DNA of 64,000 nt from the NCBI GenBank assembly GCA_965113315.1, contig OZ220382.1, one strand, 5' to 3'. The notes below the pieces were generated by a model, which saw nothing but the letters and a program-made list of their open reading frames with translations, was not told the origin of the DNA and did not search any database. The translations under genes were made by a program, and so were the position numbers. Below, piece after piece: positions 37,148 to 52,998 of this stretch. The first letter of the stretch is position 1. Each line of letters opens with the position of its first letter. The DNA comes from Podarcis vaucheri. Lineage: Eukaryota.

Positions 37148-39341
37148 TGATGATTTGTATAGTGCCTTTCATCCAAAGATCACAAGGCGGTTCACAACAT
37201 AAAAATACAAAATGAGAACACAAAACAAAAACAAAGCAATAACCCCCTTTCTCCCCCCCCCCATATTTAATATCTACTCAGGGGACTTTAAAAAATAATA
37301 ATCCTGCAGATAATTACCTGGGGGATGTTTCTTTATTGAAATATATGAGAATAATGCCAGTTTTATAAATGCCAAATTCTAATATTTTGCCAAGTATGAA
37401 AAATCAAACACTATCAACAGAGCACTGCCAGAAATCATAAGGGCAGGATAATCATCAGCAAAAGCTCAATTACTTTGTAGTATGTAATACTTCAAATTAC
37501 CTGCATACACCACCCACCTCCATACATAATACCTGTGCGTAGTGGGTCAGGTCTGCACCATGTGAGACTCACCAGTCCAAACAGTCATGTATGGTATCCT
37601 ATCAGCAGCCCCAAAAACCTGTTTTTACTGCCTATTTGGGACTGCCAAAAAATGGGGGGAGGGTTTCAAGCATGACTGCACTGCCAAACTGCATTCAACT
37701 GGGTGGATCAAAAGTTATGCATACCTACATTAGGATCAAGTTGTACTGGAGGATTTAACAATATGTGTGACAATTCAGCAAAAACTCTAAAATTAGAGCT
37801 GCAATGAAATCCCAGCCTACGATTCTGTGAATACTTAGTCATGACCAATGCTACTTTCCTGGAAAAAGAAGTGCCAAAACTCACCATGAACACCTCCCTC
37901 ATTCTCTTAGAATGTCAATGGCACCCATCTGAGAGTTTCAGTGAGTCCAGCCCAGGTCATGAGGGAGTTGAATAAAGTGGGCGGGAAATAGAGTGCATAT
38001 AAATTGGTGAGTGGGGGACCCTTGACTTGTGAGCTAGAGATAGAGCCCAGGAGACAACCTTGCAGACACTAGTCCATTAGAGTGACTGGGACACTGTCCC
38101 ACCAATCTCAATCTGCCTTCACCCAGCCTTCTCCTACCTGCCTTCTTATCTTACTTATAACCAATCAGGGGGTGGCTCTGCCTGTCATTGGCTCTAGTGC
38201 TAACACCTACTGCTGGTCTCCTGGTCTCCCTGATTTCCTCTGAACCAGTCACAATAGGCACTAAACACCCCTGGGTGTAGAGGTACTTAGCCTGTTATCT
38301 TGGCAAGAACCACATGTTTACCACCTTGGGTTCCCTCGTGGAAGAAAGGTGGGATGCAAATGTAAGGAGATAAAATAATATGTATATGGTGATGTGCATG
38401 CAGAATTGCATCCCTGCCTTGTTCCAGATTAAACAGTTAACCCAGGGCAGTATTGTCTACTTTGATTGGCAGTGGCTCCCCAGGGTCTCCAGGTCTTTTC
38501 CATCACCTGCTGCTGGAGACTTTTTAATGGCAGATGACCTGGAACCTTCCACATGCACATTCTTTTTTACTTCTAGCACTGGAAGCTCTTCTTCATTCAC
38601 CCCATATACAGCTGTATTCCTTCATGGAACTCATTTGTGAAGAATACAGGTCTGCCTATTGTCCATTGACTGGAGAGATTACAAACAGGTAGAATAACAG
38701 TTATGGCAGGGGACGGGAATGTTTACAATGATATAGTTAAAATATATACATTTAGCCTTCATCCATTGCCTAAGTCCAGCCTAACTCCATTGTAGCTTAA
38801 TAAGAAAAGCAAAGTGCTGTACAAAATTAGCAATAAAGTCCTTCCAGAGGAAGATTTAGGACAGTGTGACCAGCTCCACTGCATTGGGTGCCAAGCCTAG
38901 AGGGCGCCACAGGGTGTCACAACTAGGACATAGTGAACTGAGCAGAATGGAAGGTGATGGGTGGGGGTTGCCGAATGTTGGGCTCGCACAGGGCGACGCT
39001 GAAATTTGGAAGACCGAAGTTCACCCCTGGGTCTGCTTGCCTGGTGACTCACAATCTCAATTAATGGCTAGATTGTTGCTTTGTTTTGTTTTTGCTTGTA
39101 GCCTTATGTGATAGCAAGAAATGAGTATTAAAAGTATGGTTTCTTTCATGGAAATCTCTCTCTTATTCATATATGTATGCGTGTTTATATATATGAAATC
39201 TAAAAATATGTTTAGGGGTACTCTCATTTTCTTACTCATATTGAAATACTACCCCTCAATGAGGCCATACTTTGATTCACAAAATGTTTAGGGGTAAGCG
39301 TACCCCAGCATCGTCCCCCCATGAAAAAAGCTGTGTGTGTC

Positions 39342-39376
<35 letters not shown>

Positions 39377-39898
39377 GCGACTTGATACAAAAAACAACAA
39401 TAATCCCAAAACGCAATTTATCAAGCCTGTTCTTAAAGGAAATCTTCTGTATGTCTTCCCTGCTCATTCACTCTGCCTATTCTTTCTGGATTAATTTTTA
39501 AAGTGCATGAATGAGTAGTCTGTTTTAGGGTTTTGTTTGTTGCTTCCTAGCCTCCACCACCACCCCACGCCCCACACAACACTTATGGCTCAAATCAGGG
39601 GACTAAGGAAGAGCGGGCAGCCTTGAGAAAGTCCACAGAAAACCTTGTCTCCCCATCATCATTCTCTGGACATATCTAAAAGGCTTTGGGGGAATCTAGA
39701 GCCAGGAAAAGGACACTTATTGATACCAAGACCTTGGAGGCTGCGGGAGATTATATTTCCATGAGGCATCCCAAAGCGATTTACAATCTTTGACCTAAGC
39801 ATTGCAACAAAAGAAGCAGAAACTGCTTTTTCTCTGGCAAGCATCTGAACTGGTCCATCAGTAGCCTCCATGTCTGCATCCGGGCGGGACATGATGTA

Positions 39899-40305
39899 CC
39901 GTATTTTTTGCACCATAACACTCACTTTTTTCCTCCTAGAAAGTAAGGGGAAATGTCTGTGTGTGTTATGGAGCGAATGCCTACGGATGACAGGGGGATC
40001 TGCTGCAGTCGTGAGCAGAGGATCCATGGTTACAGCCTGCACCAAAAAAATCATACACCCACTGTTGCCTGGGGCCACAATGGTGCAAAAACATGGTTAC
40101 AAAGCATGGATCCACATGGATCCTCAGGATTTTTGCATTGGGCCAGCCCAAACTCACCGTCAGATCACATGTCTATGGCTGCAGCATGAACCACAAAAAT
40201 CATACATCCACTGTTTCGTTTAGAATATTTTTTTTCTTGTTTTCCTCCTCTCAAAAACTATGTGCGTGTTATGGTCAGGTGCGTGTTATAGAGCGAAAAA
40301 TACGG
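39899..40305. mobile_element. Tc1/mariner-type MITE
   Basis: ccgtattttttgcaccataacac / gtgttatagagcgaaaaatacgg, TA on both sides. Confidence 0.87.
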
Positions 40306-40394
40306 TACTTTAAACAGAATGGAGTTTTAGGTGATGTAAATTGTAGTGCAGAAGATACTGTCATCAAAATGCTGTTACTACTACTACTGTAATA

Positions 40395-40443
<49 letters not shown>

Positions 40444-41407
40444 TAGCAAAACAACAACAACATCCTGCAAGGAGCTCAGCATGGCACACGTGTTTCTCCT
40501 GGTTCTCATTTCATCTTCATAGCAACCTTGTGAGTCAGGTTCAGCTAAGAGACAGCGAAGGGCCCAAGGTTGACCAGTGAGCTTCATGAATTAAATGTTT
40601 GTTGCTCTACCCACATACCCACTGGAAATTCATGGTGGCAAAAGCAATATGCATTCTATGCAGCTCTCCCTCCAAATGAGTTCGAGCGGTCAAATTTAAA
40701 GCAGCATTTTCATACTTATTTTAATAGGTCAGACACACAAATCTGAAACACATGTCCTTGGAAGCAAATCAATAGGGCATAACTTTAAAGTAAAAGCGGG
40801 ATCTGATGCAAAGCAACCCAGGCCAAACTGCCAAGCCTTTAAGTTGCCCATCTGTGCAAATTTTATATCGTGATAGCTGAGCACAACTGGCTTGCTTTGA
40901 GAATAAACAAAATAAAGACTGTTTTTTCCCCCATATTGAAAAGTGCAATATGAATAAAAGATACAATAATAAATATTACATGGCTGCCTGATAAATATTA
41001 ACTTAATATTAATTTACAAAATTAAGTAGGGTTGGGGAAACAATACTAGCTTCATTTTCCTGGATGGCATCTACAATCATCCCTGCTTCAAATTCATAAG
41101 GTACTGACACACACACACACATACGAAAACAAACACACAAACCAATAAAAACCAACAAACCAATGCCTCTGCCTTCACAAAGACACTTAGCATCCCCTTC
41201 CCCCTCCCCCTTTTGCAATGTGCTTCTCTGTTTTAAATTATAATTCGCAGGCAGCGAATACATTCGTGCATTCAAATTCAAGGCAAAGTTACATTGTGTG
41301 TTTCCCAGTTGCCAATTACAAACGGCTGGTCCAAGGAGGAGCTGAACCCTTCTTAAAGTCGCTGCATAGCCAACAGCATCTCTGAGGCTGCCTCTTGAAC
41401 GGGGGAG

Positions 41408-41459
<52 letters not shown>

Positions 41460-42379
41460 GCTCAAAGAAACATATGTCGTCCCAAGATTTATTTATTTTT
41501 TAAACCGAACGAAAGAATAAGGATCGCTTTACACAATCACATGTGAAATTGACTGTATTAGCTTAACTAGCCCTGCCTGGGAAAGGGAAATTTGCATCCC
41601 ATGCTTTTAAAAAAGAAAGGGAAAGAGGAGGCGGAAGAAGAAAAGCAAGCAAATAAACCAGGAAGACTCCACTAGGATGACCCTAAGGAAACCGAGATCT
41701 ACAACAACCTCTTTAACAGGAAGGCATTGCCCTGTCGAAAAAGGGTGTGAGACTCTCCTTTCTCTCCCTTCTCCAGCAAAGATGGAAGACTTAGAAGGGC
41801 CTGCCGGCTGATTGGTATAGATACCAGCGTTTTCTATATATTAGCCTCAATATTGTCTGAGAGAGGAAATTGACAGATTTCTTAAACAAAACAACAACAA
41901 CAAATTTCACATAGGATTGAAAGGGCGGCTGGGAATCTGAACGCAAAAAAGCTGGCTCTTCTCTCTTAAAGTCTAACCCTTTAACCCTAAATAATAATTA
42001 ACAACAACAAGAAATATTTTTAAAAGACCAAGGCCGTAAAGCATATTGGAAGGGGGGGGCGGGGACCGAGAAAGTTTATTTATTTTTATTTTTCTGTAAA
42101 GTTTCCCGGGTTTCTTTCTTTCTTTCTTTTTTATGTTTTATCACCACACAAATAACGCAACTTCTTTTAACCTGTAAAAATGTTTTATTCAGACCTTTTG
42201 TGTGTGTGCGTCTGTACAACAATAAAATATTGCGTCAATATAAACCCCCCCTTTGACTAAAAGTGGTTGACAAACAAACATCACAAGCGAATCGTTTTAT
42301 GTTTACGCCTTCCTTCCCTGGACAGCCGCTTCGAGGATATATATATATATATATATAATTATTTTTCTGACTTTTTTTT

Positions 42380-44681
42380 TTAACATAATGAGGAATTTAT
42401 TGAAAATAAATAATTGTCGGCAACTGCGATAGGCAATTTGGAATAAAATAGTTGAAAAAGCAACCTTTAATGAAAATAGCGTTTATTATACATCAGTTAC
42501 TAAATGAATAATCTAAATGATCTTTCCCCCCTTTTAAATTAATAACTTCCCAAAAACGTTTAGAATATACAAAACTGTACAGGTTTTTTCTTTTTCTTTT
42601 TTCCTTAATATAAAGTTGGCAGAAAGCGGGGTCTTCATTGTTGGGATATTAAGCGCATATTCAGGCTTGCCAGAGAGAAAATATGGAAATGGACATTGTT
42701 TATGCTTGAGAAGAATTTGGATTGAAAACGGGGGCGGGAAATGGGGAGGGGATCCTTTTCCATAATTAAACTGGCGTTGTTTTTACATCATTCCAGAGCT
42801 GCAAATTTGCACCTAGGGCTCCTTTCATATTATATCGATAGGTGTGTCAGACAGAGTAGTGATGTATGGGTAGGCACAATACTCTGGATTTTTTTAGTAG
42901 TATAACTATATATATATCTATATATACTTAGATGTCTGTAAAGCACCTATACAAACAACTGCGGTGCCTCGTTGTGCCAGGTTTCCGTGTGTATTCGCTT
43001 AAGACATGTAAACGTGTAAAATATACACATTCTGGTCCTGCCTAGGTGTCCGTAGACAAACAATGGGCAATGCGTCTGTTTGTACAGCGTGTTTGTGTGT
43101 GCCTGCACACCCCTATAATGTGCGCCTTTGTAAACACACACGTCCACAAATGGAGGGGAGCTATATCCAATGACAGGCATGGAAGAGGAGGGAAGAATCT
43201 ACAAGCAAAATAGCATTTTATTTGCTTTGGGGGAACTCTTTTAAAAAAATACAACTTAATAACAAAACGCTTTTGACCAGATCTGCAGCATATCAGTAAA
43301 AACCACAACCCAATTCCTTACTGCCTTTCCCCCCACCTCGACCCAACCACCTCCCATACCCATTATTAATTTCAACCCTTGCTGTTTTCCTTTTGACTTT
43401 TGATAAGAAACGCGGGCAAACCGATTTATTCCGAAGCTAAGCGTTGGACGGGAAACGGGTTTGACTACAAACCGTAGCTCCAGGGGTCGACCAGGATGGA
43501 TCCTGTCGTGTGTGTGTATATATATATATATATAAAACATTGACGAAGAGCTAGCGACCAGGGAAAGGCCGGCCTTTCAAACATATATAAGTTATTCTAG
43601 TGATGTTTCCATGTTCGATCTTTGTTTAGACAAGCCAAAATCAGGCACGGGGATGGATGGGGAAGGATATGGAGGGGGGGCGAGTAGGAGTCGTCTTTTA
43701 GAGAATTTCCATGTTGACGTTATTTAATTCTGAAAGTTATTTAAATATATCTGAAAGGGCGGGACAAAGAAGGGTTGAGAAAATCAGATTTTCTGACTAG
43801 TCATCTCTTGTTTCTGCCTTTGGGGCTTAGAAAAGAGGGGTTCCAGATTCCACCTCCCTCAAATGGGGGTAGGGAAAATTAGAATACATTTCCCCCTGCC
43901 TCCTCCTTCCCCCCCTTTACAGAAAACCAGTGACCTGCAGGGGGAGAGGGGAGGAGGAGCTGATCAATGGGGTTCCTCCAATTTTAGGTCACAAATGTTA
44001 CCTACAGGTTGTAGTGTATCACCCCCGGCCTTCTGAAGGCCGCTATACAGAAAGTCTGGTTTAGGAACGAGCAAAGCCAAGTCCAGCCAAGCTAAAGCGA
44101 AAACAAAAAAATATATACCCCAAAACCTGAAATACATCGGATCAGACCAAGGCGCTGAAAGGTTATTCATAGGCACGTTTTGTGTATATATCTATATGGA
44201 AAGAGAGAGACAATGCATTTGTTCTGTTGTCTTCGTATCGGAGATTTCTATTTTTTAAAGCCTTGATGTTTACCACAGAAAATCGGCGAGGGGGTGGGGA
44301 AGGTTGGATAGATAGAGAAACAGAAGAAAAACAAGATAACTATAGACATATAAATAAGTATATGTGCTGCCAGGAATGAGCAGCGGGGTGGAGGGGGGTA
44401 ATGGCGGTGGGGAGGAGGTATGTATTATAAACTATTCTTTTCATTTTCTTAATGTCGTGGCCAGGTTGATGTTGTCCTGAAGGGTTGATGAAGGTAAAGT
44501 TACCGATAATAATAATAATAATTATAATTATAATAAAATCCTGGTTTGGGCAGGGTCGGAAAAAGAAGAAGAAAAAGAAGAACGCAAGAAAAAGGAGGGC
44601 GAGGAGGAGGAGGAGTGGGAGATGAATGTCACACCCATAGGATCCGCGCCGCTGCCCAGTTCCCGAGTGGGTCCTTCATAG
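42380..44681 (-). other. Probable long POU3F4 3' UTR
   Basis: TE-free AU-rich sequence downstream of the stop codon, with AATAAA on the gene strand (TTTATT on +) near 42482 and 42396. The true end is uncertain. Confidence 0.4.
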
Positions 44682-46150
<1,469 letters not shown>

Positions 46151-46745
46151 AACCCTTTCGCCGCTGCAGGACAATATCATTTATTTCAGCCCACCCACCT
46201 CCCCATCTGCCCTTCTGCCGCCGCTACTTCATTTTTTAGATCTTATTAGGAGAAGAAGAAAGGGAAAGAGGTGGGAGGAAGGGAAAGGAGGAGGCAAGGG
46301 AATGCAAGGGCATGGTTTAAATTTGTATTGATTAATTCCAGGTATAGACCCCTTTCCTGGAAAACTTGGGAGGGGGCAGGCGAAGGGAGGTTAAATACCC
46401 ATCTTCAAGACGGACAGCTTCTCCTTAACACAATCTATAGACGTCTCCCCACAATACCCCCCCCCAAATCCATCTTAACATTTTGAAGTCAGTCTGAAAG
46501 CAACTGGGAGATTAAGGGGTTGGGGTAGCGGGGGACAACAACAAAATAAACAAAACTGTCTCAAGTCAATCTCCCCGGCGCCTCAAAAGTTACACCTTGC
46601 CTAGGAAACTTGGTGTGTGAGAGAGGGAATATCAGAAGAACACTTATCCGGGACACATATTCACATATTGCATACAGTACATGACACTGTTGTCATACTT
46701 TTGGGTATGTTGCATACTCATACACACAGAGAAAGAGAAATAAAA

Positions 46746-46749
<4 letters not shown>

Positions 46750-46826
<77 letters not shown>
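46750..46826. repeat. (TG)n(AG)n microsatellite ~1 kb upstream of POU3F4
   Basis: Direct reading. Confidence 0.95.
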
Positions 46827-46828
<2 letters not shown>

Positions 46829-49800
46829 CTAGTTTTCAGAGATTCATTTGTTTCCTTTCCACTGAGCTAACTGGTTGGTAAATCAGCAGTTAACCCGCTG
46901 CCTGATTGAAATGCAAATCCTGCCTGCCATTCGCCTTAAGTTGGGTGGTGCAAAGTTTGCTTCCACAGTCGCCCTGGTCATCCCGACGCTTCGGCTGCCT
47001 CCTCTCCACCCCCCACCCCTCCCCAGCAATTGGGAAACCGCGCGCTCCCTAACAACAAGCTCTGCAACTTTCCAAGCCTCTCGGAGCCTGTGACAGAAAA
47101 GCACACAACTTGTGGTGGCGCGACAGGAGGAGAGACGCACGTCTTGCAGCCCCGGGTGCCAAGAAAACCCCTCTCCTCCTTCCTAGATACACTCAGGAGG
47201 TTATAGTGGCTTCGTTTCTCCACGCCTTTCCAAAATAGAGAACACACACACACACGCAAAATCTGGCAAACGGTTTGAATAAATTAGAATTCTTTTCTGC
47301 TAACCCTAACCCTCCCTTACCTTTGACATAAAGCTGTAAGGTATTGCTGTCTGTTTTATAAGCTTATTCCTGAAAACGTGGCTTTAGGTAATAAGGAGGA
47401 ATGTCAAAGCATAAGTAGGGGAAACAATGAGAAATAAAGGGGGGGAATGGAAGGTTGCTGCTCTTTCTCCCCTTAATGTTCCTTTTCAGTCTATTATGTC
47501 AATAATAACAATGATAACAACAACAATAGCAACAATACAGTCTGTTGTGTGTTCCTCTTGCAAATGTTTTAGCTGGAGAGCAGAAATCGGAGCGTTTAGA
47601 TTTTGTTGCAGTACTCCAGCTGAGAAAATTAAACCCTAATACATTCGAAAAGAAAAGAACAAGGATCTCCGAAGTTTTTTTTTAATGACCTTTCCGTGCA
47701 TAATTTCGGAGGTAACCTAGCTGCATAATTATATTTGCACTTACAGAACGCTGCATCACAGTTCCCTTATTGGTTTGAAATTCCATTAAATATATTGCAG
47801 GAGCTCCTAGGTTAAGCTTGATTTAAATTTGCATACATTTTCATATATTTAGCAGAAATAAAAGAAGGGCTTGCAGCTACCCGAAAGTCATTAAGGCATT
47901 AAGTTCTCTAGGAAGACAGATCTGGAGAAAAATTCAAGAAAATGAAAATATCGCCCTAAACAAGGTGAGCTTTTTTTTCCTTCCACATCTCTCTCTCTCT
48001 ATCCTTTCCTTCTCTCCCTCCCTCCCTCCCTCTCTCTCATTTGAGCTGCACCTTTTCCTTTTTTAAAAAATAGGATAAAACAACTACTGGTAATTTTTCA
48101 GCAGTTTCCAAGTCTAGATCAATGGATAGGAAATCTGAATGCAAGATTTGTTCGCTTTCATACTTTTTTTTGTTAAAGTTTGAAATAAAAGTTGCATAGG
48201 TCTAAATATATTGAGGAAGTTGGGAAACTTCCATTTTTATTTATATATATTTTTTAAAAAACATTTTCCTGATTGCTGGGAGACGGTACTGGGAGACGGT
48301 ACTGTGGTGAAGAGGTTCTGCCGTTTTGGTTTCGACAGTCTTTTCTTCTTCTTTTTCTTTGAAGCGTGGAAGCAATTTTTGGGAAAAGTACAGTTACTGG
48401 CAATTGAGGGTCCACTTATTTCCTCGCGTGGTACACTGTGGTCCTTGCTGGATCCGTAAAATAATCTGTAAGAAATGGGGTGTGTATGTGTGTGTAGCTG
48501 CAAAAGCAAGGCTATTCTCCCCACTGGGTTGGGAGAATAATTTGAAAAGACAGAAAGGGCCAGATTTTTTGCGCGCGCGGGGGCGGGGGGGGGAGAGAAA
48601 TCTGTAGCAAGGCAGGAATGAAACCCAGCCAGCCTAATACCATATTGAAAATCGGATCCACTCTATTTCTGATGGTCTATTTAGAAAGCTAAATAAGTGA
48701 AACTGGAACCTAACCTAACCAAACACAAAACAACCTTCGCCCTCTCTTTTGTACGATTTTTAAACCAAAGTTTCATCGTTTTAGGGTGCCTTTACAAGAA
48801 GAGGGGGGAATCATAAAGCAGTTAGCTATTACCAACACCGATCCCCAACACAGTTAAGCAGCACTGTTGCAAACGGAGGATGATGTCCGCTGCAACACTA
48901 AGGGAGTAAATGTAACCGAACACAATAGAGGGGACGGAGAGAGAGAGAGAGAGAGAGACTACATGTGATTGTTCTGTTAGGCTGCAAGCTTGCTTGGGAG
49001 GAAAAGCAGTATTCAACACCGCAGGGATTTACTTCTGAGTAAGCGCGCCTAGGGTAGACTAGTTTCTCTTCCACTACCACCCATACCAATTGACTTGGAA
49101 GGTCAATCCTTTGACAGCCCGCACGCGGGGGTAGGGAGGCCCCCTGCTCTTTACTCCCAAACCAACTCATTTTAAGGATGCTGGAGAGGTCTAAGTGAGG
49201 CAACCAGGAAACCCACTATAAGCCTTTACCTCCTTGACATGTTTGGGGATCGCCGGGAGTGGGGAGGAGGAGGACGAATCGATTATCTTTTTCTTCCTTC
49301 CTCACTCGAACTTCTAAATGAACTTGGCTAGGAGCGCACTTTCTCCCCAAAAGTGGGGAGAGAAAACCTCCCAGAAACAGGCCTGGTGAAATCAAGCTCA
49401 GAAAATGGCTTTGTTTAGACCAATATAACAAATAATGTTAAAAAATCAAAATGTGCAGGCATCATACAGTATCATGTTCTGCCTCAGATTAATGGGAAGA
49501 TATCCTTTGGTTTCTCTCTCTCTCTCTCTCTCCCCACACCCCCTCCGCCTCCACACTTTCTCTTTCTGGAGTGTTTTTTATCCGCTTGGAGTTGCACCCC
49601 TCCCCTCCCCTCTCGCTTTTGCCTCCTAATCTGCTTGAGAGGGTTTCTTTAGCGCTTTCCTGTCAGTCTAACTTCCCGAGTGTAACAGATGCTGCTCTCA
49701 GGCGCTCCTTTCTGCTGCTCGGCTCTATTCAGCTCCGCATATTTCTCCCCATGATCCAGGTTTCCATAGAGAGAAGCATAAAGGCGAGAGCGGAGCCGCA

Positions 49801-49947
49801 AATCCATCGCCCCATGCAGAATAAAAGGACCTCATTCAATAGACCCGACCCCGTCTGAACATGAGAGAGTTTTACTTTTTAAGGACACGCAGAGTAACTG
49901 TTGCAAGAATTTGTCACTTATTTTTTCCCTCCCCCCCCCCATAGACT

Positions 49948-49993
<46 letters not shown>

Positions 49994-52962
49994 TTTTTAA
50001 AAAACGGAGGAATGAAAAGGAATCAAATCTGTGTTGTTGTTGTTATTATTATTATTGCCATCATAATTGTTAATACGAACGTTTTCTTCTTTTTAAAGCC
50101 CGTTGGGCTTCTCGGACTCCCCCCACCCCACCACGCACCGCGGCCCACCGCCAACCAGAAATAACTTTATTTTCATATCTAATCCCTCTTCCCCCTCCCC
50201 CTCCCCCACCCAACCCCGCTTCGGTCACTTCATGGCAGGGATAAAGCCCGAGTAAGAATAGCTCTAGGGAAAAAAGAAGAAAGAAATATCCCATCTTGTT
50301 GGGAGGCAAAAGAGAAGTTGCTATAGAAGGAGAGCGAACCAGCGAGCGAGCGAGCGAGCGAGAGAGGCGGTTTCTGTTTGTTTATATGATTATTTGTTTG
50401 TTTGTGTTGAAAGTGAAGAGGTGTCTGTAAAATAAAGTCCTCTTCTGGCTCCCTCTCGCTCGCTCCAAACACACACACACTTGACAGTCCAAGTTAAACA
50501 AACAAACAAACAAACAAATTCTCAGCTCGCACTGTTGCTGGGACCCCCCCCCCTTAAGCACACATTTCCGTCTTGCTTTTTAAAGGTGCGTAATATTCTT
50601 GCGTGGGGAAAGGAGTATATCGGATTGGAAGACAAGTTGCCAGCGAGCGAGGCGGTCACGAAGCTTGATCGCGCAATTCCACTGAATTCAGCGGGCCTCA
50701 CTCCCAGGTTAAGTGTCTTTAGGATTGCTGCGTAAATCTTGCAGTCCTGAGCATGCTTACTTCTCAGACTTACTTCTGAGTAAACCCGAATAGGCTGGAA
50801 CCGAGGTTTCCATTCTTTCCCGTCCCTCACCTCTCCTGGAGATGTGTATGACTTTTAGAACGCACAATTACTTGAAAGGAGCAGTCTAAAGGGATCTGGA
50901 TCATATTGTAGATCTGGGTGCCCAGGGATGGAGGTTTAACATGCGGTCCAGCACCACGGATTTTTATCAGATAGGAAATCCCTTCTTGTTACTACTGTGA
51001 GCGAGTGTCTGCGGGGGGGTGTCTGCGTGCGCGTGTGCGAGTTATATATTTACTGCAAATCACCGGAGGCGGTTCATAATGCAAAAAACAATTCCTCGCA
51101 GTCTTAAGGCTGCAATCCCCTGCGACTTTACTCCAGAGTAAGGCCTGCTGTGTTACACACTCTTACCCGGAGTGTGTTTAGGATTGCAGCCGTTGAACTT
51201 GTGTGATCAATGACCCCAGAGGCGCTCTCTCTCATGCTGTGTTTTTCTCTCCTGCGGAAGAGAGACAGATACTGAGAGTAACAGATTGCAATATAATTAT
51301 AACCCACACAATTGTGGGAGATATCATCTCTCTCGAGTCCCTCGAACCTCTCTCCCTCTCTCTTCCTAAGGAGGTGGGACACACGCACAGACGACCCTCG
51401 CCGCCTCTGTCTCTCCTCACATACACCCCTTCCCTGCAAATGCTGAGATTTTGGTGGTGGTATTTAGTTGCAACTTTTTCAGATACTACTCAATTCCAAG
51501 AGCGGAGGCGCGGGATGTTGTTGAGGGCGGAGGGGAAGGGGGTCTCCCCCCCCACTTCCAAGGGTGCAGTTTTGACTGTGCTTAATACAGCATGAAGCTG
51601 CGAGCGGTAGGCAGCGAGGCGAGGTCGCGACCTCTATAAAGAAAATTTCACCTTTTCGCCCAAGTTCGCTTTAGAGGCAAGGCTGGGACTTGTGAAGAGA
51701 CGCTTGGTGGGAAACAAGTGTGTGCTTTTGTGTGTGTGTGTGAATGAATGTGAGTGTGTTTGAGAGAGAGAACCCACCGGGAAAATAAGAGTATGGAAAA
51801 GGGACAGCCAAAAGGAGGCTGGGGAAGGAGGCTGCGAGAAAGAGTGAGAGTGTTTAACTGTTTCTTAAACAGGGGAGAGAGGTTTGTTTTTGTTTTCTTG
51901 TTGTCCCGCACTTTCCACAGGGCTAGAAAGGTTAGCCACGCTCCAGCCCCGGTACTCTCCCTGCAACAAGCGAAAGCAAGGTTTTAAAACGAAATCAGAG
52001 TTTATGGGGTGGGAGGGGGAGAGGAAGAAAGAGAAAAGAGAGAGAAAAGGAGAAGTAGAATTGGAGGAGCACTGGAGAAAGATATTAGCCAATTAGCAAA
52101 AAATTCCTTTCTCTCCCCCCTTTCTTTCTCCCCCCAATATTTTTTAGTCTCTGCTGTTTTGGGGGGCGGGGGGAGAGAGAGAGGCACCTTGCATTTTACT
52201 CCTCTAGACTCAGACGCAGCAGCGGAGGAAGAGCAGGGGGCGGCGGAGAAGGGAAGGTAGAGTGTGGGGAACGCAATCAAAGATTAACCCTTTCCAGGAA
52301 TCTTTGGCAATATCCCCCCCCTCCCACTGGCTACAGACGAGGCAAAGTATATTTCTGGGTGGGCGAGTTTTGTCACAGGTGTAAAGAGCTCCGAAGGAAA
52401 AATAGCAGTGGATGTTAATTATATAAGTCCAACAATGTGTTGGGGTGAGCAAGCGTGTGGGGGGGGGAAGGTGAGGGGTCGAGCTTCTTGTTTGGGGGGC
52501 GCTTGTCCCTCCCAATCACTTCTAACCTCGATGGCGTTTGGTTGTATGCCCACACATGAGCTGATTCTGCGTTCGGGATACTGGAAGAGTGGTCATTTTG
52601 ATTATTATTGTTGTTGTTGCTATAGTGGCTGTTGTTGCATCTCCTCACCTTGGCAGAAGAAATTGCAAGGTAAATAAGATAGAATCTAATCTGCTCCCCG
52701 CCCTCCCTCAAATTCCGCCCCCAACCCGCCAGTTTATTTTTGCCCCACCTCACTGCGCGCGCGCGCGCACACACACACACGTGTACTGGTTCCACTTGGT
52801 TCATCTCCCGTGTGTACCTATCTGTGTTCCCACCTGAAAAGTTTGGATGTTCCTGTGTACTTTAGGAGAGGCGCGGAGGTTGTGGTTTGTTTTCAAATGG
52901 GACTTGCTCTAGCGGATTTAATTCATTGGCTGGGGGAGTTATTTATTTATTTCACCCTGAAA

Positions 52963-52998
<36 letters not shown>

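Noticed and set aside
47301-47313. TAACCC telomere-like repeats
   Set aside because: Only two units; expected by chance.
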